64,000 nt of DNA, taken from assembly GCA_019136675.1 (NCBI GenBank), contig JAGVTV010000004.1, positions 11,010 through 75,009 of the forward strand, in the 5' to 3' direction. The position numbers and the translations under genes were made by a program. Below the pieces are notes generated by a model. The model saw nothing but the letters and a program-made list of their open reading frames with translations. It was not told where the DNA came from and ran no database searches. Position 1 is the stretch's first letter; each line of letters starts with the position of its first letter. The DNA is from Bacteroidota bacterium. GTDB lineage: Bacteria > Bacteroidota > Bacteroidia > Chitinophagales > Saprospiraceae. This document shows positions 51,953-62,023 of this stretch, piece after piece.

Positions 51953-54766
51953 ATGGAGGACAAAAGGTTGTTTTTGCTGGATGGTCATGCTCTTGTATAC
52001 AGGGCACATTTTGCCTTTATAGCCAGGCCGCTTATTAATTCCAAAGGTGTAAACACCTCAGCAGTATCCGGTTTTGTCAGGACGCTTTGGGACCTTATGG
52101 TAAACCAGAAACCTACCCACATTGCCGTGGCATTTGACCCAAAGGGAGGCACTTTCAGGCATGAATACTACCCCCTGTACAAAGCCAACAGGGACGCACA
52201 ACCTGAAGACATCACTGTGGCAATGAAATACATACCGGAAATCGTGGAGGCATTTAACATCCCTGCGGTGACAGTCACCAACTTTGAGGCTGACGATGTC
52301 ATTGGCACCCTGGCAAAACAGGCCGAAAAAGAAGGATACACCGTGTACATGGTGACCCCGGATAAGGATTATGCTCAGCTGGTATCTCCCAATATCTATA
52401 TCTACAAACCCGGAAGACAAGGCAACGAAGTGGAAATCCTGGGCGAAAAGGAAGTGCTTGCCTCCTGGGATATAGCTCGGGTGGAACAGGTCATTGATGT
52501 GTTAGGCCTGCAGGGTGACAGCGTGGACAACATTCCAGGCATACCCGGTATCGGCCCCAAAACGGCAGTTGCCCTCCTCAAGGAATACGGATCAGTAGAA
52601 AATATTATCGCAAATGCAGACAATCTGAAAGGCAAACAACAGGAAAACGTAAAAACATATGCAGATCAGGCATTGCTGTCCAAACGTCTGGCCACAATCA
52701 ATATAGAGTCGCCCATACAGTTTGACGCACACAGATTTACACTTGACCCGATCAACAAGGAAAAGGTTAAGGAGATCTTTATAGAACTGGAATTCCGTAC
52801 CCTTGCCCAGCAGATCCTTGGGTATGATTCTCAGGCAAAACCAGCCAACCAACAACAGGGGGTACAACAGTCTCTGTTTGGAGACGATGTTGCCTTATCT
52901 GCCCCAAAAACGGATGAAGCAGCCGACGGTAACAATTATCAAATAGCCAAAAAGAACATTACCAACACCCCGCATGAATACCACCTTGTCGATACGGACA
53001 AAAAAACAGATGAGCTGATAGCTCTGCTCGAAAAATGTGACACCATAAGTTTTGATACAGAGACTACCGGCATTGATGCCCATCAGGCCGAACTGGTGGG
53101 ACTTTCTTTTTCTGTAAAGCCCGGGGAGGGATATTACGTGCCCGTTTCTCCAGATCAGGACCAGGCCAGAAAAACTACAGCAAAATTTAAACCCATTCTG
53201 GAAAATAATAAAATCCTGAAAATAGGCCAAAACATAAAGTACGATATGGCCATGATGAAATGGTATGGTGTGGAAGTGTCCGGGCCCTATTATGACACTA
53301 TGATTACCCATTACCTCTGTGAGCCGGACATCCGCCATAAGCTAGATTACCTTACCGAGTCATACCTGGATTATAAAATGGTCCCGATAGAGGACCTGAT
53401 CGGAAAAGGCGGCAAAAACCAGCTCAGTATGCGGGATGTCGCCGTGGAAAAGGTCAAGGAATATGCCTGCGAAGATGCAGACCTGACCCTGCAGATGGTA
53501 CCTGTATTAAAGAAGATGATGGCAGAAAATGAGCTTGACGACCTGTACCGGAAAATCGAAGAGCCGCTCATACGTGTACTCTGTGACATGGAGTATGAAG
53601 GCATCCGTATAGACGGTAATTTTCTCAATGAATACTCAAAGGAACTGGAAAAAATCATACTTGAAAAGGAACAGGAGATATACCGCAATGCGGGTGTCCA
53701 GTTTAACATTTCGTCGCCAAGGCAGGTCGGCGAGGTGTTATTTGACAGGCTCAAAGTCCCTTACCGGTGGAAAAAGACATCTTCCGGTCAGTATTCCACC
53801 GACTTTGACAAGCTGACAGAGCTCGCCGGCGAACACATAGTGATAGACACCATCCTGGAATACCGCAAGTTTACAAAACTCAAGTCCACGTACGTAGACG
53901 CCCTGCCCACTATGATTAATCCCCGGACAGGCAGGGTGCACAGCAATTTTAATCAGGCCAGGGCAGCCACCGGGAGACTCAGCTCCGAAAACCCAAACCT
54001 TCAGAATATCCCAATCCGGGACGAGGCAGGAAGGGAAATTCGCAAGGCATTTATACCACGGGACAGCGATCATGTTATCCTGGCAGCTGACTATTCGCAG
54101 ATAGAGCTCAGGATCATTGCCGAAATAAGCAACGACCAGGCGATGCTGGAGGCTTTTCTCGCAGGAAATGACTTCCACAAAGCCACTGCAGCCAGGGTAT
54201 ACTCCGTGCCATATGATGAGGTCACTCCGGACCAGAGAAGAAATGCAAAAACAGTCAATTTTTCTATCACTTACGGAGCAGGTGCCACTAATCTATCGAG
54301 ACAATTGGGTATAAGCCGCAAGGAAGCCCAGGAACTTATACAGAGCTATTTCAGGGAATTCAGCGGACTGAAAAGCTATATGGATGATACGGTCAGGATG
54401 GCAAGAGAATACGGATACGTCAAGACCCTGCTGGGAAGAAGGCGAAATCTCAGAGATATCAACTCCAGAAATTCTCTGACGGCCAGCAATGCTGAACGAG
54501 TAGCCATCAATACACCGATACAGGGAACCGCTGCCGACATGATAAAGGTAGCCATGATCAATATCTATGATGCTTTCAGGCAAGAAGGGCTGACCTCCAA
54601 GATGGTCCTGCAGGTACATGACGAACTTGTATTTGATGTATACAAGCCAGAATTGGAAAAAGCAAGGAAAATCATTGAAGACCGAATGAAAAACGCTATA
54701 CCCGGACTCAAAGTACCAATCCTGGTAGAGTCAGGAGTAGGCAACAACTGGCTGGAAGCTCATTAA
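51953..54766 (+). CDS. polA: DNA polymerase I
   Basis: MEDKRLFLLDGHALVYRAHFAF is a canonical 5'-nuclease N-terminus. A 3'-5' exonuclease domain (ISFDTETTG) and Pol A motifs (DYSQIELR, RRNAKTVNFSITYG, QVHDELVF) are present. The track's GTG start at 51818 would run through the upstream terminator, so ATG 51953 is preferred. Confidence 0.96.
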   Translation: MEDKRLFLLDGHALVYRAHFAFIARPLINSKGVNTSAVSGFVRTLWDLMVNQKPTHIAVAFDPKGGTFRHEYYPLYKANRDAQPEDITVAMKYIPEIVEAFNIPAVTVTNFEADDVIGTLAKQAEKEGYTVYMVTPDKDYAQLVSPNIYIYKPGRQGNEVEILGEKEVLASWDIARVEQVIDVLGLQGDSVDNIPGIPGIGPKTAVALLKEYGSVENIIANADNLKGKQQENVKTYADQALLSKRLATINIESPIQFDAHRFTLDPINKEKVKEIFIELEFRTLAQQILGYDSQAKPANQQQGVQQSLFGDDVALSAPKTDEAADGNNYQIAKKNITNTPHEYHLVDTDKKTDELIALLEKCDTISFDTETTGIDAHQAELVGLSFSVKPGEGYYVPVSPDQDQARKTTAKFKPILENNKILKIGQNIKYDMAMMKWYGVEVSGPYYDTMITHYLCEPDIRHKLDYLTESYLDYKMVPIEDLIGKGGKNQLSMRDVAVEKVKEYACEDADLTLQMVPVLKKMMAENELDDLYRKIEEPLIRVLCDMEYEGIRIDGNFLNEYSKELEKIILEKEQEIYRNAGVQFNISSPRQVGEVLFDRLKVPYRWKKTSSGQYSTDFDKLTELAGEHIVIDTILEYRKFTKLKSTYVDALPTMINPRTGRVHSNFNQARAATGRLSSENPNLQNIPIRDEAGREIRKAFIPRDSDHVILAADYSQIELRIIAEISNDQAMLEAFLAGNDFHKATAARVYSVPYDEVTPDQRRNAKTVNFSITYGAGATNLSRQLGISRKEAQELIQSYFREFSGLKSYMDDTVRMAREYGYVKTLLGRRRNLRDINSRNSLTASNAERVAINTPIQGTAADMIKVAMINIYDAFRQEGLTSKMVLQVHDELVFDVYKPELEKARKIIEDRMKNAIPGLKVPILVESGVGNNWLEAH

Positions 54767-54778
54767 GAAGAAGGGGCA

Positions 54779-54820
54779 TAAAAAAGCAGAAGGGACAAAA
54801 CCTGAGTTTAGCCCCTTCTG
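54779..54820 (-). terminator. Terminator for the minus-strand TonB-VanZ-MtaB-PBP gene string
   Basis: The minus strand reads CAGAAGGGGC-taaactcaggtttt-GTCCCTTCTG (one mismatch) followed by CTTTTTT. Confidence 0.55.
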
Positions 54821-54855
54821 AAAAACACTTTATTCTGTATCTTGGCGAAAGGCGA

Positions 54856-55773
54856 TTAACCTTCGAGTTTAAACTTGACCGGCAATGTGTACAGAACCCT
54901 AACCGGGCGTCCTCTTTGTTTTCCGGGCACCCACTTCTGTCCCATATTGTTCATGCCATTGACCACAGATTCTGCAGCTGACCCGCAACCTGCTCCGATG
55001 TCCCTGACGATTTTGGTATCAGTGATAGAGCCGTCTTTGTCCACTACAAACTGGAGAACTACCTGTCCTTCCACACCATTTTCCCTTGCAATAGCCGGGT
55101 ACTTAAGGTTTTTGTAGATGTACTCAAGCATCTTTGTCTTGGCACAGTCTTCCTTCTCCTTTTCTGTACCCTTGTCTTCGCAACCCGGGAAACGTGGCAT
55201 TTGCTCCACGACCTTAAAAATTTCCTCCTCATGTGGGGCTGGTGGTGGTGGCGGTGGCGGGGGTGGTGGTGCTTTCTTTTCTACAACAGGAGCCTCTACC
55301 TTGGTCTCCTCGGTCACTTCCTGGTTTTCAAACACAGGCTGATCTTCCTCTATTATCTCGGTATCCGGCACTTCCTGTATCACCGGTGGCGGCGGTGGGG
55401 GTGGCGGGGGTGGCGGCTCTGCTGTACGCGGAATCTCCACTTCCACTTCATCATCCAGAACGAGGTCAGCCAGGTCTACCTTGATTTTCTTTTCGTAGGT
55501 AGTCCAACTCAGGGCTGCCAGTGAAAAAGCTACTGCTGTCAATAGGCCGTAGTTAAAAAAGGTCCTGGTATTGCGAAACACATCTACCTGCGGGAACTTT
55601 GTCCTTTCACTGATTGTGGTCGCCTTGGTGTCCTTGTTCAGGTCAAGAAGTTGCTGGTATTTGTATGCCCTGTACTTGTTCCTGAAAAATATTATCAGCC
55701 CGGCTGTAAGCAGCAGGAAGAACAGTACAGTAGCAACAACTAATGTACTTGAAAATTCTATATCTCTGAACAT
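54856..55773 (-). CDS. TonB-family energy transducer with two long polyproline runs
   Basis: 305 aa with an N-terminal TM, runs of 11 and 10 consecutive Pro, and a TonB_C domain (YPAIARENGVEGQVVLQFVVDKDGSITD...VRVLYTLPVKFKLE). Confidence 0.85.
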   Translation of the reverse strand: MFRDIEFSSTLVVATVLFFLLLTAGLIIFFRNKYRAYKYQQLLDLNKDTKATTISERTKFPQVDVFRNTRTFFNYGLLTAVAFSLAALSWTTYEKKIKVDLADLVLDDEVEVEIPRTAEPPPPPPPPPPPVIQEVPDTEIIEEDQPVFENQEVTEETKVEAPVVEKKAPPPPPPPPPPAPHEEEIFKVVEQMPRFPGCEDKGTEKEKEDCAKTKMLEYIYKNLKYPAIARENGVEGQVVLQFVVDKDGSITDTKIVRDIGAGCGSAAESVVNGMNNMGQKWVPGKQRGRPVRVLYTLPVKFKLEG

Positions 55774-55779
55774 AGGCGA

Positions 55780-56187
55780 TTAATTAATTATATTTTTAAA
55801 TAATACGATTCCACAATATGAGCCAGTAATATTGGCTAAAATGTCAAAAACTTCAAAAGATCTTCCGTTAAAAAGGTAAAGTTGAAAAATTTCCATTAAT
55901 ACTCCAAAACAAATTGAAAAAATTAATACAAAATTTCTGCTCTTATCGGTTTTGTTCAATGCCATGCACCAAACAAAAGAAAAGATCGTGTAAAAAATCA
56001 GATGTGCCAGTTTGTCAAATCCGACAATATCCCAAACATTGAATTTTGAGGCTTCGCGGGCAGAAATCAGCGATAAATAAATCGTCAGGGCTGTCCAAAA
56101 ACCTGCTATAAACTTGTACTGGGTCCTACTCAGCTTTCCGAGTACAATATTAAGATGCCTTGTGATCTTATTTTGGTGGGTGCTCAA
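55780..56187 (-). CDS. VanZ family membrane protein
   Basis: 135 aa with 4 TM segments and a DKLAHLIFY motif. Confidence 0.75.
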   Translation of the reverse strand: MSTHQNKITRHLNIVLGKLSRTQYKFIAGFWTALTIYLSLISAREASKFNVWDIVGFDKLAHLIFYTIFSFVWCMALNKTDKSRNFVLIFSICFGVLMEIFQLYLFNGRSFEVFDILANITGSYCGIVLFKNIIN

Positions 56188-56197
56188 TGAATTTTTT

Positions 56198-57532
56198 TTA
56201 AATTATTTTTCCTGTAAGGTTTTCTCCCTTGCTGTCCCAGGCCATAAGGTGTACATCCATGATTTTATTGTAACAAGACTGGTTTACGGGTATGGCAACT
56301 TTCAGGTAATTGTCGGTATACCCCGTCATCATACCGTTTTCTGTGTGGTGCTCTACCAGCACTTTTCTGGTCGTATTCAGGAACATATTTCCAAACGCCC
56401 TCCTTTTCTTTTCAGACAGGATCCGAAGTTTTTCGTTCCTCAGCCTTCTGATTTCCATGGGTACTGAATCCGCATATTCAGCAGCCGGTGTATTGGCACG
56501 CTCCGAATACGTAAAGACGTGCAGATAAGAAATATCCAGATCCGAGAGAAAAGTGTGTGTTTCATTAAAGTCATCATCGGTCTCTCCCGGGAAACCTACA
56601 ATCACATCCACACCTATGCAGCAGTGGGGCATGTTTTTGCGTATCCACTCCACCCTTTGTTCGTAGAGCGACCGCTGGTACCGGCGTCGCATGGCCTTGA
56701 GGATTTTGTCACTGCCCGACTGGAGAGGGATATGAAAATGCGGCACAAACCGCTCTGATCCTGCAACAAATTCGATAATTTCTTCTGTGAGCAGGTTGGG
56801 TTCGATGGATGAAATACGGATCCTGTCGATACCATCCACTTTGTCCAGAGCACGTGCCAGGTCGATAAACAGATCAGATTTTCTGGGTTTTTCACCCTCT
56901 ATAACCTCTGTGCCGTTGCCAAAATCGCCCAGGTTTACCCCAGTCAGCACGATCTCCCGTATGCCAAGGTCTGCTATCTTATGTGCATTGGCCACCACAT
57001 TTTCCACAGTATCGCTCCTGCTGCTGCCCCTTGCCTGCGGGATGGTGCAAAAGGAGCATTTATAGTCACAGCCGTCTTGTACCTTCAAGAAAGACCGTGT
57101 CCTGTCTCCAAAGGAAAACGCATCAACAAAGGTATTGGCTTCCTTGACCTCACCAGCTACAACCATTCCTTTTTGTGAGGTTCCTGAAAGTCCGTCGATA
57201 TATTTGAGGATATTGAATTTTTCGGCGGCACCAAGTACAAGGTCCACACCCGGAATCTCCGAAATTTCCCTTGGCTTCAACTGGGCATAACATCCCACGA
57301 CCACTATACGGGCATCCGGAGCGTATTTAAGGGCCCTCCTTACCTCATACCGGCACTTCCTGTCTGCAAAATCTGTGACTGAGCAGGTATTAAGCACATA
57401 TATGTCAGCCCCTTGTTCAAACGGTACAGTGGAATATCCCTGATCCTCAAATGATCTCCTGATGCTTGAGGTTTCAGAAAAGTTGAGCTTGCAGCCCAAT
57501 GTATGGAAAGCTACTGTACGCGGAGTGGACAT
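56198..57532 (-). CDS. mtaB: tRNA t6A37 methylthiotransferase (radical SAM, MiaB/RimO family)
   Basis: 444 aa. VAFHTLGCKLNFSE, NTCSVT, radical-SAM CSFCTIPQARG, and a C-terminal TRAM-like region. Confidence 0.88.
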   Translation of the reverse strand: MSTPRTVAFHTLGCKLNFSETSSIRRSFEDQGYSTVPFEQGADIYVLNTCSVTDFADRKCRYEVRRALKYAPDARIVVVGCYAQLKPREISEIPGVDLVLGAAEKFNILKYIDGLSGTSQKGMVVAGEVKEANTFVDAFSFGDRTRSFLKVQDGCDYKCSFCTIPQARGSSRSDTVENVVANAHKIADLGIREIVLTGVNLGDFGNGTEVIEGEKPRKSDLFIDLARALDKVDGIDRIRISSIEPNLLTEEIIEFVAGSERFVPHFHIPLQSGSDKILKAMRRRYQRSLYEQRVEWIRKNMPHCCIGVDVIVGFPGETDDDFNETHTFLSDLDISYLHVFTYSERANTPAAEYADSVPMEIRRLRNEKLRILSEKKRRAFGNMFLNTTRKVLVEHHTENGMMTGYTDNYLKVAIPVNQSCYNKIMDVHLMAWDSKGENLTGKII

Positions 57533-57546
57533 ATGCCTTTTACTTT

Positions 57547-60348
57547 CTAGCCATTTCCTTTATTATTGCCGGGCGGTGGCTTGGGGGTATCCTTTTTGTC
57601 GTCCGGTTTTTTCTTATCCTGTGGTTTGGTCTCTGGTTGCTTTCCTGCTTCCGGTTTTTTCTTGTCCTGCGGTTTGGTATCCGGTTGTTTGACTGCCTCC
57701 GGTTTTGGTGAATCAGCGGACTTCTTATTTTCCGTGGTCTTTTTGATCTCCTCTTCTGTCATATCTTCTTCCGGGAGGACACCTTCCATTTCGCCCATGC
57801 CTTCGATTTCCGGCTCAGGATATCCAAACTTGTCCAGTACCATTTGCCTCATATTTCTGAATCCGGTTCTGATCAATGAATCTTTAAGCAAGGTGTCGCT
57901 CATGAGCAGGTTAAACGTGTCAGGTGATATTCCCATCCTGAGCGGACAGGCTGTTTTTGCGTTTACGGCTTCATTCCTTTTAAACTCTGTCTGGGTCATT
58001 TTGGCAAACTTGGGATCGATGGACACCTGATACCAGAAATTGCCTACTATCGGAAGTGCAAGGGCGGCTCCCCGGCCATAATTCATGGACCGGAATCTTA
58101 CTGCAGGACTTGGTCCGCCTACCCAGGCACCCGTGACCAATCTGGGGTTGTAACCGATAAACCATCCGTCAGAGTGGTTTTGGGTGGTACCTGTCTTTCC
58201 GGCAAAATCACAGTGTGTACAATATTGACTCTTGAGGTTATTGGCTGTGCCATAAATTACAACATGCTGCATCATGCGTGTCATGGTCTGGGCTATTGTC
58301 GAGTCGAGTGCCTGAATAGAAGGCCCTTTTGATGGGTCTGACTTTACTGTTTCTTCCAGATCAAAAATTACTTTCCCGTTCCTGTCGATGATTTTCAGGA
58401 CAGCCACTGGGTCAGGTCTGATACCGTTATTGGCCATGGTTCCGTAGACTTTCATCATGTCATAGAGTGAGATGTCGGCTGCCCCCAGGCTGATGCCGTA
58501 TTCACGGGGCAGGGTCGAGGTTACCCCCAGTTTAGCAGCCATATCCAGGGTTTTCTGGATGCCTACCTTTTCGATGAGCTGGGCAGCAATCACATTGACC
58601 GAATAGGTAAGTCCTCCTGTAAGAGAATACCAGCCTCCGTACTCATTGTCGGAGTTTTTTGGTGACCAGTCCACAATCGTGACTTCCTTGTTTCGGAGAT
58701 ATTTGCAGGGGCTTATGCTGTCATTCAATGCAGCAGCATAGACTATGGGTTTGAATGTGGAGCCGACCTGTCTTTTGCTCAGAATGTGGTCGTACTTAAA
58801 ATATTTGAAATCTGTACCTCCTACCCATGCCTTGACATAACCATTGCCGTGATCCATAGCCATAAAACCACAGTTTAGCATAGTAAAGTAGTATCGTACA
58901 CTGTCGAGCGGAGTCATCATGGTATCTCTTTCCACAGGTTTCTTATCCCAGGTAAATACCTTCATTGGGACAGGTACCTTAAATACTGAGTCTATTTGTT
59001 GGTCCGTCAAACCATTCTGCGAAAGCAGCTGATACCTCTCGCTTCTTTTTATCTGCTCATCGATCCATTTATCGTCACCCCAGGGTTTTTCGTCCTTGTA
59101 GCCTTTCCAGTGCTTGTAAAATTCCTTTTGCAGAAAGGCCATGTGCTTAAAGACAGATTCTTCGGCATGTTTTTGCATCCTGCTGTCCAGGGTGGTATAA
59201 ATCTTAAGTCCATCCGTATAAATATTGTAATTGCTCCCGTCATCCTTGGTGATATCCTTCAGGATGCGAGGCAGTTCTTTGGTCCTTAAAAATTCCCTGA
59301 AATACGTTGCAAGTCCTTCGTTGTTACCAATATCTTCATGGGGAGCCGCATTGATGGGTTTCCTGATAAGCTCGTTGTACTGTTCTTCTGTAATAGCCCC
59401 TGTATTGATCATTTTGGCTATGGTAGCCATCTCCTCATGCTCAAACCTGAAATCCTTATTTTTGAGCATCTGGCTGAGGACCAGGTTACGCCTTTTTTCT
59501 GAGTTTTTCGGATTGCGGGTCGGATCAAGGGCGGTTGTAGCTTTTAGCATACCTATCAGCGTCGCCGCCTGATCGGCAGTAAGTTGTCGTGGCCGCTTGT
59601 TGTAAAAATATCTGGAAGCTTCCTGTATCCCAAAACGGGTGCCGCCGAAAGGCACGGTGTTCAGGTACATGGTGAGCAATTCTTCCTTGTTGTAGATCCT
59701 TTCCAGACGTATGGAAATGATGTTTTCCCTCACTTTATTAATAAAAAGGCTAAGGCCGGGTATCCGATAATTTTTTCTGGGAAAAAGGTTTTTGGCGAGT
59801 TGCTGGCTGAGTGTGGAACCGCCTCCAAGATTTTGAGTATTGGTGGCCACACCCTTAAATACTCTCATCCAGGACCTGAAGTCAATGCCCGAATGTTCGA
59901 AAAACCTCTTGTCTTCAATGGCGAGCAATGCTGTGATCAGGTACGGAGATATGCTGTCAAGCTTGATGGTGGTGCGGTTTTCCGTGTAAAACTTGCCTAT
60001 CATAACTTCATCAGATGTATATACCTCTGATGCATTGGCCGTTTCTATCTGTTTGAGCTCTTCTACGCTGGGCAATGAACCAAAAGCCCCTATCCAGGTG
60101 AGAAAAACCACCAGCATCACAAAGACAAGCATATATTTTATAACCCTGAATACCCATGAGATAATCCTGGATTCCTTTGGGTGCTTTGTGGCATATATCT
60201 CCCAACTGCTTGTGAGTGGATAGACCAGTTTGTCCCACTTTGCCTTGTAGGGGACCACAAATTGCCTCGCAGGATCCAGCACAGGCCTGAGCAGGTTATT
60301 AATACCGGATTTAATATTCTGAAGTATCCTGATTGGATTGTTATCCAT
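57547..60348 (-). CDS. mrcA: Class A penicillin-binding protein (transglycosylase/transpeptidase) with a K/P/E-rich C-terminal tail
   Basis: 933 aa. GT51 motifs (AIEDKRFFEHSGID, GGSTLSQQLAKN, RKxxE-like VRENIIS) and transpeptidase motifs (STFKP, SVN, KTGTT). The last 110 aa or so are low-complexity. Confidence 0.92.
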   Translation of the reverse strand: MDNNPIRILQNIKSGINNLLRPVLDPARQFVVPYKAKWDKLVYPLTSSWEIYATKHPKESRIISWVFRVIKYMLVFVMLVVFLTWIGAFGSLPSVEELKQIETANASEVYTSDEVMIGKFYTENRTTIKLDSISPYLITALLAIEDKRFFEHSGIDFRSWMRVFKGVATNTQNLGGGSTLSQQLAKNLFPRKNYRIPGLSLFINKVRENIISIRLERIYNKEELLTMYLNTVPFGGTRFGIQEASRYFYNKRPRQLTADQAATLIGMLKATTALDPTRNPKNSEKRRNLVLSQMLKNKDFRFEHEEMATIAKMINTGAITEEQYNELIRKPINAAPHEDIGNNEGLATYFREFLRTKELPRILKDITKDDGSNYNIYTDGLKIYTTLDSRMQKHAEESVFKHMAFLQKEFYKHWKGYKDEKPWGDDKWIDEQIKRSERYQLLSQNGLTDQQIDSVFKVPVPMKVFTWDKKPVERDTMMTPLDSVRYYFTMLNCGFMAMDHGNGYVKAWVGGTDFKYFKYDHILSKRQVGSTFKPIVYAAALNDSISPCKYLRNKEVTIVDWSPKNSDNEYGGWYSLTGGLTYSVNVIAAQLIEKVGIQKTLDMAAKLGVTSTLPREYGISLGAADISLYDMMKVYGTMANNGIRPDPVAVLKIIDRNGKVIFDLEETVKSDPSKGPSIQALDSTIAQTMTRMMQHVVIYGTANNLKSQYCTHCDFAGKTGTTQNHSDGWFIGYNPRLVTGAWVGGPSPAVRFRSMNYGRGAALALPIVGNFWYQVSIDPKFAKMTQTEFKRNEAVNAKTACPLRMGISPDTFNLLMSDTLLKDSLIRTGFRNMRQMVLDKFGYPEPEIEGMGEMEGVLPEEDMTEEEIKKTTENKKSADSPKPEAVKQPDTKPQDKKKPEAGKQPETKPQDKKKPDDKKDTPKPPPGNNKGNG
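57603..57708. repeat. 48-bp tandem repeat (about 2.2 copies) encoding the PBP tail
   Basis: ccggtttttt recurs at 57603 and 57651, and ccggttttgg at 57699. On the minus strand this encodes KQPDTKPQDKKKPEAG / KQPETKPQDKKKPDDK. Confidence 0.85.
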
Positions 60349-60370
60349 TGATTGTGTTTCGATTGGGGTG

Positions 60371-60378
60371 CAAATGTA
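60371..60378 (-). promoter_or_regulatory. -7 promoter box TACATTTG upstream of the PBP gene
   Basis: The reverse complement of caaatgta lies 22 nt upstream of the ATG at 60348. Confidence 0.45.
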
Positions 60379-60457
60379 CTATAAATTTGAGACACTGCCT
60401 TTAAAAAAGTGTCTCTGTGTCCTGAAGGCACTTATAAAATCCTTCAACATATCTCTT

Positions 60458-61921
60458 TTATCTGAGCGGAATATTCTTCAGAATCTCGATGGTAAAATCC
60501 CAGAATTTCTGCACTGAGGGGATATTGACCTTTTCGTCAGGCGAATGGGCTCCCTTGATGGTAGGTCCAAATGATATCATATCCATACCCGGATAATTGC
60601 TCCCCAGAATACCGCACTCGAGACCGGCATGGCATGCCACAACATGGGGATCAGAACCGTGCAATTTCTTGTACAGTCCTGTAAGTACCTTGAGTATCGG
60701 AGAGTTAATGTCAGGATTCCATCCCGGATAATCACCGGAAAACATCACTTCAAAACCTGCCTGCCTGAAAACAGCCTGAAGTGTATATGCCATATCCCAC
60801 TTAGATGACTCAACAGATGACCGGGTGAGGCACTGTATGCTGGCGGATCCCTCTGACACTTCTGTTTTGGCAACATTGTTTGACGTTTCGACAAGGTCGG
60901 CAATATCCGGGCTCATACGAAACACGCCATTGTGTGCTGCTGTAATGGCATCGATAAGGGCCCTGGCATCATCTGGATGGACATATTCTGCAGGAGACCC
61001 GGAGGACCCGACGCTGATCTGGAGGTCAGGGTCTATGCTCATAAATTCCTTTTTGATCTGCTCTGCCCGGTGCTGAAATTCTTTTTCAAACAGGCTGGTG
61101 TGTTCAACAGGCACAAGCACAACGGCACCGGCTTCACGTGGTATGGCGTTGCGGAGACTTCCGCCCCGGAGGCTGACCAGTTTTAATCCGCAGAGGTCAT
61201 CCATATTACAAAGCAGCCTGGCCAGAATCTTGTTGGCATTGCCTCTGCCCCTGTGGATGTCGATGCCGGAATGCCCGCCCTGCAGCCCTTTGACTGTGAT
61301 AGAATGGGCTGCATGAGACCCTGCGTCGGCTTGCATGGTCCTGTATTTTCGGGTGGCTGTCACGTCAAGACCGCCTGCACATCCTATATCGATCTCATCA
61401 TCCTCTTCTGTATCGAGATTGAGGAGGATGCTGCCCCTCAGGACTCCGCCTTCCAGTCCCTTGGCACCGGTCATGCCTGTTTCTTCGTCGATGGTAAACA
61501 ATGCCTCGATATCAGGATGTGATATGGCATCAGATGCCAGGATGGCCATGATGGTGGCTACTCCGATCCCGTTGTCAGCACCGAGGGTGGTACCACGGGC
61601 CTTTACCCATTCTCCGTCAATAAACATATCTATGCCCTGGGTATCAAAGTCAAAGACAGTGTCACTGTTTTTCTGGTGCACCATATCAAGGTGTGATTGC
61701 AGTATTACCGGCTTGCGGCCTTCCATTCCGGCTGATGCAGGTTTACGTATGATGACATTGCCGGTCTTATCTTTAATTGTTTCCAGGCCCAGTGACTTAC
61801 CGAAATCAAGCATAAACTCAATGACCTGTTGTTCTTTTTTTGATGCCCTGGGTATGGCATTAAGGTCAGCAAAGTGGTTCCATAAGGCGTTAGGGGTGAG
61901 GGCTCTGACAGGTGATGACAT
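60458..61921 (-). CDS. pepD: Aminoacyl-histidine dipeptidase (M20C, cytosol non-specific dipeptidase)
   Basis: 487 aa, closely collinear with E. coli PepD as I recall it (GNVIIRKPASAGMEGRKPVILQSHLDMVHQKN, IDGEWVKARGTTLGADNGIG). Confidence 0.93.
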   Translation of the reverse strand: MSSPVRALTPNALWNHFADLNAIPRASKKEQQVIEFMLDFGKSLGLETIKDKTGNVIIRKPASAGMEGRKPVILQSHLDMVHQKNSDTVFDFDTQGIDMFIDGEWVKARGTTLGADNGIGVATIMAILASDAISHPDIEALFTIDEETGMTGAKGLEGGVLRGSILLNLDTEEDDEIDIGCAGGLDVTATRKYRTMQADAGSHAAHSITVKGLQGGHSGIDIHRGRGNANKILARLLCNMDDLCGLKLVSLRGGSLRNAIPREAGAVVLVPVEHTSLFEKEFQHRAEQIKKEFMSIDPDLQISVGSSGSPAEYVHPDDARALIDAITAAHNGVFRMSPDIADLVETSNNVAKTEVSEGSASIQCLTRSSVESSKWDMAYTLQAVFRQAGFEVMFSGDYPGWNPDINSPILKVLTGLYKKLHGSDPHVVACHAGLECGILGSNYPGMDMISFGPTIKGAHSPDEKVNIPSVQKFWDFTIEILKNIPLR

Positions 61922-62023
61922 TTGGGTCTGATCTTTTGATTATGATACGAAGGTATTGAAACTGCAGGAATTATCCTAACCGACTACAGGCATATACCGT
62001 AAAAATCGCGGGTATTCTATTGG

